Below, piece by piece: positions 8,859 through 17,994 of a DNA stretch of 64,000 nucleotides; the stretch's first letter is position 1, and every line of letters starts with the position of its first letter. Below the pieces are notes generated by a model, which was not told the origin of the DNA, did no database searches, and worked only from the letters and a program-made list of their open reading frames with translations. Position numbers and translations under genes: made by a program. Source of the stretch: an uncultured Gammaproteobacteria bacterium (lineage in GTDB: Bacteria; Patescibacteriota; Patescibacteriia; SG8-24); the NCBI GenBank assembly GCA_964407925.1, contig CAYOXM010000003.1, forward strand, positions 5,023-69,022, read 5' to 3'.

Positions 8859-10130
8859 TTACCCTTCGAGATATTTCCTGCCGCGGAGGCGATCGGGGAG
8901 GTATTCCTGGTCGACCGGGCCCTCCGCGTCGGGATTATAGACGTACCCTTTTCCGTAACCGAGCTGTTTCATCAGCTTCGTCGGGGCATTTCGGATGTGG
9001 TGCGGCACGGGATCGTTCGGGGACTCGGCGATGTCGCGCCTCACTTCGCCGTATCCGGCGTACAACGCGTTCGATTTCGGCGCGTGGGCGAGGTAGACGA
9101 CGGCCTGCGCGAGGATGACGTCGCATTCGGGCATCCCGAGCAGGTGCGTCGCCTGGAATGCGGCCACGGCCTGCACCAGCGCCTGCGGATCGGCGAGACC
9201 GACGTCCTCGGACGCGAACCGCACGAGCCGCCGCGCGACGTAGAGCGGCTGCTCGCCCGCCTCGAGCATCCGCCCGAGCCAGTAGAGCGCCGCGTCGGCG
9301 TCGGAGCCGCGCATGCTCTTGTGCAGCGCGGAGATCGCGTTGAAATGCTCCTCACCGGACTTGTCGTAGAGGAGCGACGAACGCTTGAGCATTTTCGCGA
9401 CATCTTCGCGCCGCAAGTGTACCACGGGACCGGCGGCCCCGTCGACGCGGCCGGAGACCGCCTTCACGGCGAGTTCGAGCGCGTTAAGCGCCGCCCGCGC
9501 GTCCCCGTCGGCCGCCTCCGCCACGGCGCCGAGCGCGTCCCCGTCGGCCTCGACGCCGAACGAACCGAGCCCGCGCGTAACGTCGCCCATCGCCCTTGCC
9601 AGCACGACCGCGATCTCGGCCGCCTCGAGCTTCTTGAGCACGTAGACGCGGCTTCGGGAAAGAAGCGCCGAATTCACCTCGAACGACGGGTTCTCGGTCG
9701 TCGCGCCGATGAGCGTCACCGTCCCGTCCTCGACGTACGGCAGGAACGCGTCCTGCTGGGCCTTGTTCCAGCGGTGGATCTCGTCGACGAAGACGATCGT
9801 CCGCGTGGCATGGAGCTTGAGCCTGTCCTCGGCCTCTTTAACCGTCTCGCGCAGGTCCGCGACGCCGCTCGACACCGCGCTCAGCGCGACGAACCTCGAC
9901 CGCGTCATGCGCGCGACGATGCGCGCGAGCGTCGTTTTCCCGGTCCCCGGCGGACCCCAGAGGATCATCGACGGCACCTCGTCGCGCTCAAGCAGGCCGC
10001 GTAACATGCCGCCCGGACCGACGACGTCCGCCTGTCCCACGAACTCGTCGAGCGATTCCGGCCGCATCCGGTCGGCGAGCGGCGCTTCCTTCTTCAGCTG
10101 CTTTTCGGCCTTGTAGGCGAAGAGGTCCAT
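8859..10130 (-). CDS. rarA: replication-associated recombination protein A (RarA/MgsA AAA+ ATPase)
   Basis: RMRPESLDEFVGQ, GPPGTGKTTLA and FVDEIHRWNK motifs. Confidence 0.9.
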   Translation of the reverse strand: MDLFAYKAEKQLKKEAPLADRMRPESLDEFVGQADVVGPGGMLRGLLERDEVPSMILWGPPGTGKTTLARIVARMTRSRFVALSAVSSGVADLRETVKEAEDRLKLHATRTIVFVDEIHRWNKAQQDAFLPYVEDGTVTLIGATTENPSFEVNSALLSRSRVYVLKKLEAAEIAVVLARAMGDVTRGLGSFGVEADGDALGAVAEAADGDARAALNALELAVKAVSGRVDGAAGPVVHLRREDVAKMLKRSSLLYDKSGEEHFNAISALHKSMRGSDADAALYWLGRMLEAGEQPLYVARRLVRFASEDVGLADPQALVQAVAAFQATHLLGMPECDVILAQAVVYLAHAPKSNALYAGYGEVRRDIAESPNDPVPHHIRNAPTKLMKQLGYGKGYVYNPDAEGPVDQEYLPDRLRGRKYLEG

Positions 10131-10268
10131 ACGCCTTCACCCTACCGCTTCGGCCCTTTAAAATGAAGCCGCGTCTCGCGCTGTTGCGCCATCGCGTCCG
10201 ATGCCGTAGGCTCACGGCGTCCCTGAGGGGAAAACGATCATTTTTCACGCGCCACGGAGGGTGCGACG

Positions 10269-10559
10269 ATGACGACGGAAAACAGGCGCGACCGCATCGC
10301 GCGGCTCAAACGCAAGTTCCTTCCCTTGAGCAAGATCCGCAGGCTCTTGGAGTTCGTGCGCTACGACCGCGCGAAGAACGGCCAGCTGCCGCATCCTTTC
10401 CCTGACGAATACGTGGAAGACTGCCGACAGGCGCTCTGGGAGCTGCTGCTCGAGGACTACGAAAACGACAACGACCGGCTGAGCCGCGTCCTCAGGCTCG
10501 CGGAGAAACGTCCGTCGGACCCGTTCATCAAGGCCGAGGCGCAGACGCCCGCGAAATGA
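10269..10559 (+). CDS. hypothetical protein
   Basis: GGAGGG lies 7 nt upstream of the ATG. Confidence 0.4.
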   Translation: MTTENRRDRIARLKRKFLPLSKIRRLLEFVRYDRAKNGQLPHPFPDEYVEDCRQALWELLLEDYENDNDRLSRVLRLAEKRPSDPFIKAEAQTPAK

Positions 10560-10662
10560 CCCGCAATCGCGGGTTTTTTACATGGCCGACGGTTGACTTC
10601 CGGTCCGAAAAATGCTAGCTTCGTGCGGCCGACGCTGACGCGTCGCGTGAGGAGAAAATGCC

Positions 10663-11844
10663 ATGACCGATCGTCGTTCTTTGAAACGCCCTACGTCGCG
10701 CCTTCCCCTTCGGCAATGCCTGAACGCGGACGCGCGGCTCGCCCTGCTCCGCGAGGACGGCCATGACGCCGACCTGCCGGGACCGCTCGCGGGATGCGAC
10801 GCCGCCGAACGCTTCATCGAAAACGCCGTCGGCGCGTTCCCCGTGCCGCTCGGAATTGCCACGAACTTCGTCGTGAACGGCGAGGAACGTCTCGTCGCCA
10901 TGGCGACCGAGGAACGCTCGGTCGTCGCTGCCGCGTCGTACGCCGCGAAGCTCTGCAGGGACACCGGCGGTTTCACGGTCGAGGTCGGACCGAACGTCGC
11001 CCGCGGGCAAATCCTGTTCGTGTCGTCGTCGTTCGGCGACGGCAGGGACGACGAAATCACGCTCCAGTGCCGCCGGATCGCCGAGGCGCTCGACCGCGAG
11101 GAACGGGCGCGTCGGCCGTCGCACTGCTCGCTCGCTGCCGACCCGTTCGCCCACTCGGTGGGCGCGCGCTGGCTCGACGGCGGCGTCGGCAGGCCGCACA
11201 TGCTGGTCGTCGACTTCCAGATGGACGTCGCCGACGCGATGGGCGCGAACGTCGTCACGCGCTTCGGCGAAAAGCTCGCGGCGCGCCTCAGGTCGCTGCT
11301 CGGCCTCCGCCGGACGGCGGTCATCTGCTCGAACGACCTCGCGTACCTGAACGGATCGGCCGTCAAGGCGACGGCGACGTGGCCGGTCGCGGCCGTCGGC
11401 GAACGCATCGCGGAAACGGTGGTGCGGCTGCAGCGGTGGGCGGAAAGCGACGGCTTCCGCGCCGTGACGCACAACAAGGGCGTCATGAACGGGGTCAGCG
11501 CCGTCGCGCTCGCCACGGGACAGGACGTCCGCGCCATCGAGGCGGCGGCGCACGCGGCCGCGGCGCACGAGGCGATGCCCTACGCGCAAAGCAAACCGCT
11601 CACGAAGTACGCGCTCGTCGGCAACGGCCTCGTCGGGACGCTCGCGCTCCGCGTGCCGCTCGGCACGGTGGGCGGCGCGACCGCGCACCCGATGGCAGCA
11701 TGGTGCCGACGGCTCATGGGCATCGAAAACGCGCGCGACCTCGCCGCGACCATCGCGGCCGCAGGCCTCGCGCAAAACTTCGCGGCGCTGCGCACGCTCG
11801 CCGACGAAGGCATTCCCGAGGCCCACGAACGCCTCAAACGGTGA
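10663..11844 (+). CDS. hydroxymethylglutaryl-CoA reductase, class II-type catalytic domain
   Basis: ENAVGAFPVPLGIATNFVVNGEERLVAMATEE, DAMGANVVT and THNKGVMNGVSAVALATGQDVRA match the class II HMGR signatures. GAGGAG lies upstream of the ATG. Confidence 0.75.
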   Translation: MTDRRSLKRPTSRLPLRQCLNADARLALLREDGHDADLPGPLAGCDAAERFIENAVGAFPVPLGIATNFVVNGEERLVAMATEERSVVAAASYAAKLCRDTGGFTVEVGPNVARGQILFVSSSFGDGRDDEITLQCRRIAEALDREERARRPSHCSLAADPFAHSVGARWLDGGVGRPHMLVVDFQMDVADAMGANVVTRFGEKLAARLRSLLGLRRTAVICSNDLAYLNGSAVKATATWPVAAVGERIAETVVRLQRWAESDGFRAVTHNKGVMNGVSAVALATGQDVRAIEAAAHAAAAHEAMPYAQSKPLTKYALVGNGLVGTLALRVPLGTVGGATAHPMAAWCRRLMGIENARDLAATIAAAGLAQNFAALRTLADEGIPEAHERLKR

Positions 11845-11924
11845 ACGGCCCCGCTTCTCGCGGGGTTTTCTTTTTGCGGCGGTTACGGCAGGATGCTTTC
11901 GCCGCTCGACGGCACGGAGGAACG

Positions 11925-12470
11925 ATGACGACCGACACCGAGACGATCACGCGCCCTTTTCGCACCATCGGCTTCGTCGCCGCGCTCGCAGCCGCGGCCG
12001 CGGCAGGAGTGACCGCCGGCTGGCTGCTCAAACCCGACCGCGCGAGGACCGAAACCGTCGCCCCGACGCGCGACGGTTCGCCCGGGGCGATTGCCGAACG
12101 CAACGCCGTCTGGCGCGTCTTGAACGGCAAGGACGCCGACGTGCCCGACGGTCCGGCCAAATCGCTCGGCTTCGCGCTCAAGGCCGCGCTCGACAAGGAT
12201 TCGCCGGTGCCGCTCCGCGACCGCGCGATGGGCGCGCTCATGAACAAGAGCGTGCTCTACTTCACCCCGGACGAAATCGACGAGGTAATGGGCGTGATGG
12301 TCGAAGGCGCCCCCGATGACCGCGCCGACGTCCTCCGCCGCATCCTCGCCGCCGACGACCGCGCGTGCGCTTTCGTCCGCGGCATCCTCGCCGACAAGCG
12401 GCGCATCGCGCTGTTTGCGGCCGGAAAACAAATTCCGCTCGAGACGCTTCCCGACGGCACGACGCCCTGA
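11925..12470 (+). CDS. membrane-anchored hypothetical protein
   Basis: GGAGG precedes the ATG at 11925, which is in frame with track ORF 10794..12470. There is one N-terminal TM segment. Confidence 0.45.
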   Translation: MTTDTETITRPFRTIGFVAALAAAAAAGVTAGWLLKPDRARTETVAPTRDGSPGAIAERNAVWRVLNGKDADVPDGPAKSLGFALKAALDKDSPVPLRDRAMGALMNKSVLYFTPDEIDEVMGVMVEGAPDDRADVLRRILAADDRACAFVRGILADKRRIALFAAGKQIPLETLPDGTTP

Positions 12471-12471
12471 C

Positions 12472-12502
12472 CTCGCCGCCCCTTCCGGGCGGTTTTTTTA
12501 TG
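12472..12502 (+). terminator. rho-independent terminator GCCGCCCC-TTCC-GGGCGGT followed by T7
   Basis: Read directly from the sequence. Confidence 0.6.
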
Positions 12503-12534
12503 CAAAAACATCCGCTTTCGGCGGATGTTCCTGA

Positions 12535-12554
12535 TGGTCGGGGCGACAGGGATT
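12535..12554 (-). repeat. exact 20-bp direct duplicate of the tRNA-Pro 3' end (TGGTCGGGGCGACAGGGATT)
   Basis: Identical to 12731..12750. A rearranged inverted copy, CCCCGACCCAATCCCTGTCGC, lies at 12671..12691. Confidence 0.7.
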
Positions 12555-12730
12555 TCACTGCTCGCCTCCGCCTCCTCGCACTGGGCTGCGGGGCGGGCTG
12601 CGCTCGCGGGAACCTTCGGGTTCCCGCGGACCCTCCTCGAAATGCGGAAACCTCCCGGTTTCCGCCCCTTCCCCGACCCAATCCCTGTCGCAACAAAAAA
12701 AGTTCCCCACCATCGGTGAGAAACTTTTTT

Positions 12731-12805
12731 TGGTCGGGGCGACAGGGATTGAACCTGCGGCCTCTCGGTCCCGAACCGAGCGCACTACCACTGTGCTACG
12801 CCCCG
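12731..12805 (-). tRNA. tRNA-Pro (anticodon CGG), CCA encoded
   Basis: Reverse complement folds as acceptor CGGGGCG/CGCCCCG, D-arm GCAC-AGTGGTA-GTGC, anticodon stem CTCGG/CCGAG with loop TTCGGGA, and T-arm GCAGG-TTCAATC-CCTGT, ending ACCA. It closely resembles E. coli tRNA-Pro(CGG). Confidence 0.85.
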
Positions 12806-12877
12806 ATGAGCGAATACTGAACGCGGTTGAGGATAACGCATCCCCCGTTTTTCTTCAAGTGTCCCGCGCGAGGAAAG

Positions 12878-12904
12878 GAAAACCGCCCGAGAGGGGCGGT
12901 CAAA
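12878..12904 (-). terminator. hairpin ACCGCCCC-TCTC-GGGGCGGT with a T-run on the minus strand
   Basis: Read directly from the sequence, just 3' of the gene ending at 12908. Confidence 0.5.
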
Positions 12905-12907
12905 AGC

Positions 12908-13531
12908 TCACGCGACGATGGCGATCATCGTCTCCGGTTCCGCCTTGCGCCGTCCGAGGACGGCGGTCTTGGCGAAGAGGCGAAGGAGCGGGCGGAGTCG
13001 TTCGGCGTTCTCGGCGTCGCCGACGGCGACGAAACCGAGGAAATGCACCGAGGTCGCGAGGAGTCCCGCGCGGACGCTCAACCGCAGGCGCTGGCCGATG
13101 TCGTCCCAGCGGTTCTCCTCGAACGCGTGCCACAGCGGCTCGCCGAGCGTCTCCCAGAACACGGTCTGCATCCGGTCATATGCCGAAGCGCCCATGCGCG
13201 CGGAAAGCGCCCCGGAAAAACGGCCGCACACGGACGATCGGAGTTCCTCGCCGAGGTCGCCCTCGACCTGGCCCCAGTACGCGTCACGGTCGGCGGCGCC
13301 GTCCGCGAGCGAGACGAACGCGACGTCATCGGGCGCGCGTCCGACGGCGGCTCCCACGGCGGAACGGACGTCGTCCTTCCGCATGGCATTCGCGGGCGCG
13401 AGGTCGAAGAAGCCGTTATCGGCCTTCCGGCACAAGGGTTCGATCAGTTCGATTTCAGACCGCACCAGTTTGGCGCGGCTTCCGGACATGCCGATAAGGA
13501 AAGCCTTGAGCGAATGACGATCTGACAGCAT
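12908..13531 (-). CDS. hypothetical protein
   Basis: Internal Met (MLSDRHSLKAF...) of track ORF 12908..13615. AGGA lies upstream of the ATG. Confidence 0.45.
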   Translation of the reverse strand: MLSDRHSLKAFLIGMSGSRAKLVRSEIELIEPLCRKADNGFFDLAPANAMRKDDVRSAVGAAVGRAPDDVAFVSLADGAADRDAYWGQVEGDLGEELRSSVCGRFSGALSARMGASAYDRMQTVFWETLGEPLWHAFEENRWDDIGQRLRLSVRAGLLATSVHFLGFVAVGDAENAERLRPLLRLFAKTAVLGRRKAEPETMIAIVA

Positions 13532-13714
13532 GGGAAACCGTCCTTTCGGGCGAGGCGTCGCGAAAGCAAAAGAACGTAACCCCTTCGTTCTGCTCCTCTT
13601 CGCGCAGGCCGTCAATGCCGCTTGTGGATGGCCGCGTTACCTTTTCGCGCATGACCCGTACTATAGAGGTAAAGCGCTCGCCTGCCCTTCCGGCGTGCGG
13701 TATACTGTAAACCT

Positions 13715-14344
13715 ATGACTAACGACATCCATTCGTTCGTGCGGGAGTCGCTGTCGCGGAAAATTCCGCGCAACGACATCCGCAAGGCGCTCCACGACGC
13801 GAAGTGGCAGGACGACGAGATCGAGGCCGCGCTCGGCGCATACGCCGACGTCGATTTCCCCGTGCCCGTGCCGCGCCGCCGACCGTACCTGTCGGCGCGC
13901 GAGGCGTTCATCTACCTCGTGCTGTTCCTCTGCCTCTACATCAGCGCGTTCAGCTTCGGGAAACTGCTGTTCGACTTCATCAACCACTGGGTGCCTGACG
14001 CGCTCCAGAACTACGGCTACTCGGACGTCTCCGGCGTGCGCATGTCGGTCGCGTCGCTCATCGTCGCCTTCCCGGTCTACTTGTGGCTCACGTGGCTGAT
14101 GCTTTCGGAAATCCGCCGCGACTCGGACAAGAAAAGTTCGAAGATCCGCAAGTGGCTGACCTACATCACGCTCTTCGTCGCCGCCGGCGTCATCATCGGC
14201 GACCTCATCACCCTCTTGTTCAACCTGCTCGGCGGAGAACTGACCCTGCGCTTCCTGCTCAAGGTGCTCACGGTCCTCCTCATCGCCGGGCTCATCTTCG
14301 GTTACTACCTATGGGATCTCCGCAAGGAAGAAAAGGGCGCGTAA
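13715..14344 (+). CDS. polytopic membrane protein, DUF5671-like
   Basis: Soluble N-terminal region followed by four hydrophobic helices. A TATACT -10 box lies 12 nt upstream of the ATG. Confidence 0.5.
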   Translation: MTNDIHSFVRESLSRKIPRNDIRKALHDAKWQDDEIEAALGAYADVDFPVPVPRRRPYLSAREAFIYLVLFLCLYISAFSFGKLLFDFINHWVPDALQNYGYSDVSGVRMSVASLIVAFPVYLWLTWLMLSEIRRDSDKKSSKIRKWLTYITLFVAAGVIIGDLITLLFNLLGGELTLRFLLKVLTVLLIAGLIFGYYLWDLRKEEKGA

Positions 14345-15186
14345 ACGGCCTGACGATTTTCGTCGCCGCCGTCGTCCTGATGGTCGCCGCGACCGTGGGT
14401 ACCGGCCTGTACCTGGCGGGGTCGCCGAGCAAAGAGCGCGGCCGGCGCTTCGACGAACAGCGCGTGTCGAACCTGCAGTCGCTCGTGAACGCCGTCAACT
14501 CCCGCTTCGAACGCACGGGCGTCCTGCCGCAATCCATCGAGGAGCTCAGCGCGCCCGGCAGCGCGGAAAGCTACGTCGTCGGATCGACGAACGACCCTTC
14601 GACGCTCGAGCAGTACGAGTATCATGCGACCGGCGAATCGACGTATGAGGTCTGCGCCGCCTTCGACCTCGCGACGCCGGCATCGCCCGCAACGCCGGGG
14701 ATGAAACGGCCGTACGCGGCGACCGCGCCCGAAATGTACCCGATGGATCCGACGGTGAAGGACTGGAGCCATCCCGCGGGACGGCACTGCTTCCCGGTCG
14801 ACGCGTCGCTCATGTCCCCGCGCGTCGCCTGCAGCCTGACGAACCCCTGCGCCGCCGGGCAATCCTGCGTCACGCTTCCCGGAAAAAAGGGGTCGGTCTG
14901 CGTCCCGTCGGGCAAGGAGTGCCTCGCCGCGGGTTGCGAAGGCACCTGCGTCGTCGCGGAAAGCTACCCGGCCCAGATCAGCTGCGCTCCGACGGCCGGC
15001 AAACGGCCTCCGAACGCCGAGGGAAACGCCTGCGACCTGATGCGCAATAAGAAGACCGGCGCGATCGATTGCTACGGCATGGGAAAAAGCCTCGCTCCGG
15101 GGTGGGAACCGTATTCGACCACAGACGTCGGCATTCCCTATTCCTGCTACGTCGACGCGAACGGCGAGTGCGCGCTCGCGCAATGA
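14311..15186 (+). CDS. membrane-anchored Cys-rich secreted hypothetical protein (start uncertain)
   Basis: N-terminal TM segment LTIFVAAVVLMVAATVG, and a C-terminal half with about 16 Cys. The ATG at 14311 overlaps the upstream gene. Confidence 0.4.
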   Translation: MGSPQGRKGRVNGLTIFVAAVVLMVAATVGTGLYLAGSPSKERGRRFDEQRVSNLQSLVNAVNSRFERTGVLPQSIEELSAPGSAESYVVGSTNDPSTLEQYEYHATGESTYEVCAAFDLATPASPATPGMKRPYAATAPEMYPMDPTVKDWSHPAGRHCFPVDASLMSPRVACSLTNPCAAGQSCVTLPGKKGSVCVPSGKECLAAGCEGTCVVAESYPAQISCAPTAGKRPPNAEGNACDLMRNKKTGAIDCYGMGKSLAPGWEPYSTTDVGIPYSCYVDANGECALAQ

Positions 15187-15312
15187 CATGACCGGAAAGG
15201 CCCGCGTGCCGCGGGCCTTTTTCGTTCCGTGGCCACCGTTGACGCCGCGTCCCGCCCGGACTATGCTGCCTTGTCGCCCTTTCACTACGGCTCGCGTCGC
15301 AAGGAGTAGGCC

Positions 15313-16413
15313 ATGTTCAAGGCGCTCAATCGCAAGGCGTTCGGCGTCGTTTCGCCGCTCGAAGTCCTGCTGTTCCTGGCTTTTTTCGCCCTGCTGTCCA
15401 CGATTGCCCGCTGGCAATTCGCCGCCGCGCTTATCGCCGGACTGTTCGTCCACGAGATGGGCCACGTCGTCGCCATGCGCGCGTACGGCATGCGCATCAA
15501 GGGCGTGTACTTCGTCTTCCCGTTCGGCGCGGTGATTCCGCTCGTCGGCACGCCGCCGTCGCGCTTCTCGGAAGCGATCATCGGCCTCGCCGGACCGGCG
15601 GCGGGACTGCTCACCGCGATCGCCGCGTTTGCGGCTTACGCCGTCACGCACGAGACGGCCTTCGCCGGCGTCGCGGGAATCTACGCCTTCTTCAACTTGT
15701 TCAACCTCCTGCCGGCCCGTCCGCTCGACGGCGGCAGGGCGGCGAGCGCGCTCGCGTTCTCCCTCGGCGACACGGCAGGCCTCGTCCTTCAGGGCGCGGC
15801 CGTGGCGTTCTGCGCGTGGGCGGGATTGCGGCACGTCCCCATCCTGCTGCTCGTCGCGCTCGTCGGCTGGTCGGAGCTGCGCGGCGAATTGCGCCGCGCG
15901 CGCCGCGCCGAGGACCGCCGCCGAATCGTCGACGCGCTCGCGAAGGCGTTCGGTTGTCCGGCGTCGGCGCGGTCCGTCCGCGCGGCCGTCCGCCTGTACC
16001 AGACGAACGTCGTCGGGTTCGGCGACGAAGCGGCGCTCGTCGCCTGGATCAGGATGTTCCGCCGCGAGCCCGAACAGCCGCTCGGCGCCGACGAGGCGCG
16101 CCGCGAACTGCTCGCGGTTCCCGCCGCCATCGCGGCGTCGGCGCGCGTCGGCCGCATCCCCCTCTTCGCGACCGCGACGGAATTCGTCACGGGCCTCGAC
16201 GAGCTTCAGTCGTTCGCGCCGCCGATCCGCGAAGAGGATTCGCCGCTCGCCACGTTCCTCGCCGAGACGGAGCGCCCGCGCATGGGCGTCGGCAGCGGCC
16301 TCGCGGTCCTCGCCGCCTACGTCGGCCTCGCGGCGCTCCTGTGGCTCTGCATCGGACTGGCCGACGGCATCGCCGACCTCGACGCGTTCACGCGCTACGC
16401 CTTCCGGCGCTGA
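15313..16413 (+). CDS. site-2 protease family (M50) membrane zinc metalloprotease
   Basis: HEMGHVVAM (HExxH) and NLLPARPLDGGR (LDG) motifs. Polytopic. Confidence 0.75.
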   Translation: MFKALNRKAFGVVSPLEVLLFLAFFALLSTIARWQFAAALIAGLFVHEMGHVVAMRAYGMRIKGVYFVFPFGAVIPLVGTPPSRFSEAIIGLAGPAAGLLTAIAAFAAYAVTHETAFAGVAGIYAFFNLFNLLPARPLDGGRAASALAFSLGDTAGLVLQGAAVAFCAWAGLRHVPILLLVALVGWSELRGELRRARRAEDRRRIVDALAKAFGCPASARSVRAAVRLYQTNVVGFGDEAALVAWIRMFRREPEQPLGADEARRELLAVPAAIAASARVGRIPLFATATEFVTGLDELQSFAPPIREEDSPLATFLAETERPRMGVGSGLAVLAAYVGLAALLWLCIGLADGIADLDAFTRYAFRR

Positions 16414-16498
16414 CCGACGCCCGCATCCCGCGGGCGTTTTTCTTATGCCGCGGCATCGGTTACGATGACGCCGTCCTTTCGCCGCACGGAGGCAGTTC

Positions 16499-16825
16499 AT
16501 GGAGCGCGACTTCGTCATCGTCACCTTCGCCGACCTGGAACTCGCGACCGCGCTCGAAGCCGATCCCGGCGCGGCGCTCCGCTTCAAGGATCCCGAGCGT
16601 TGGCACGCATTCTGCCGGAACGTCCGCGCCGCGCTCGCGGAAGGCCTGCGCATCGACGTCCATTCCGCTTATGCCGACGCGCTGCCGGAACCGCAACGCT
16701 GGCGCGTACCGCTCGCGGAAGCGCCGGAACCGTGGCGGTCGCGGATAGCGCGGGCGCTCACGTCGCTCGCGCCGCCTGACGCGTCCCGCGCGGACGCGAC
16801 GCGAAACGCGAACTTCGTCTTCTGA
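16499..16825 (+). CDS. hypothetical protein
   Basis: GGAGG precedes the ATG. A hairpin terminator follows. Confidence 0.4.
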   Translation: MERDFVIVTFADLELATALEADPGAALRFKDPERWHAFCRNVRAALAEGLRIDVHSAYADALPEPQRWRVPLAEAPEPWRSRIARALTSLAPPDASRADATRNANFVF

Positions 16826-16853
16826 AAAACGGGACCCTCTCCGGCCCCGTTTT
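16826..16853. terminator. hairpin AAAACGGG...CCCCGTTTT between convergent genes
   Basis: Read directly from the sequence. Confidence 0.45.
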
Positions 16854-16871
16854 CCTTTTTCGCGCGGACGC

Positions 16872-17990
16872 CTAACCGAAAGTGAACGCGTATGCCTCGA
16901 CTCCTTCATCCAGGAAACGAATGCGCAACGTGTGCTCCTCGTACGCGCCCTTCCCGTCGACGAGCGAATACAGGCGCTCCTCGTCGACCGTCACCATCGT
17001 GTATCCGCCCTCATCCTTCACGTCGGCCCCGCGCATCGCTTGCGGCACGGGAGCGCCGTCGACCGTCACGATCGCGCGCTTCTTTCCGCCGATACCCGGC
17101 CCCATGACGAGGTTGGCGTTCGACGCCAAGTAACGGAAAACGATTTCCCCTGGCGCCTTGGCGAGCACCGCACGTTCGGCTTCCACGCGCCACGACCCCT
17201 CGAGGTAAAAAAGGTTGCGGTCGGGCGAGAGCGCCGACGTGTACTCTTGCGTCCTGTCGCGCAGGACCTCCTCCTCGCTCCCGAGGAACTCCTGCCGCCC
17301 GTACCCGATGTATGTCTCGGGCGTGCCGATTTTCGAAAAATCCGTCGTCGTCGGCATGTCCGTCACCGGCACGCTCGCGTCCGCGCCGGCCTCGGCGAGC
17401 AGGTCCTGGATGTGCTTTTCCGTCACGTCGTAATTGCCTTCACCGAAATGCGTGTAGCGGAGCCGCCCCTTGGCGTCGAACAGGTATTCGGCGGGCCAGT
17501 AACTATTGTCGTACGCGTCCCACGTGGCGTACTCGTTATCGAGCGCGACGGGATAGCCGATGCCGTGCCGTCGCGTCGCCTCGGCCACGTTCTTTTCGGA
17601 CTTCTCGAACGCGAACTCGGGCGTATGCACGCCGACGACGACGAGACCCTTGTCCTCGTACTTCCCGTACCACGACGTGACGTACGGCAGCGTGCGGATG
17701 CAATTGATGCAGGAGTAGGTCCAAAAATCCACGAGCACGACCTTTCCCTTCAACGACTCCGGCGTGAGCGGCGGCGAATTCAGCCATGACGTCACTCCTG
17801 CGAACGGCGGCATCGCCGCGGCGATGACCGGGAGTTCCGCCATTTTCGAAAGGTCGGCGACGGTGCCCGAGACGCGCGCGTCGGGCGCGGCCGGCATGTC
17901 TTCGCCCCCGAGGCGCACGTTCACGATCCACGCCATGAGCACGAGGGCTGTGAGCCCGGCAAGGGCGGCGACGGCGGCATTGCTTTTCAT
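16872..17990 (-). CDS. TlpA/ResA-like thioredoxin-fold thiol-disulfide oxidoreductase with C-terminal extension (DipZ C-domain-like)
   Basis: Signal/TM segment, then WTYSCINCIRTLP (a CxxC motif in a redoxin fold). Confidence 0.7.
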   Translation of the reverse strand: MKSNAAVAALAGLTALVLMAWIVNVRLGGEDMPAAPDARVSGTVADLSKMAELPVIAAAMPPFAGVTSWLNSPPLTPESLKGKVVLVDFWTYSCINCIRTLPYVTSWYGKYEDKGLVVVGVHTPEFAFEKSEKNVAEATRRHGIGYPVALDNEYATWDAYDNSYWPAEYLFDAKGRLRYTHFGEGNYDVTEKHIQDLLAEAGADASVPVTDMPTTTDFSKIGTPETYIGYGRQEFLGSEEEVLRDRTQEYTSALSPDRNLFYLEGSWRVEAERAVLAKAPGEIVFRYLASNANLVMGPGIGGKKRAIVTVDGAPVPQAMRGADVKDEGGYTMVTVDEERLYSLVDGKGAYEEHTLRIRFLDEGVEAYAFTFG

Positions 17991-17994
17991 ACGG

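Noticed and set aside
12555-12730. A second, degenerate tRNA gene or pseudogene next to tRNA-Pro
   Set aside because: Only the 3'-terminal 20 nt of the tRNA are duplicated. The rest cannot be folded into a cloverleaf with an anticodon arm.
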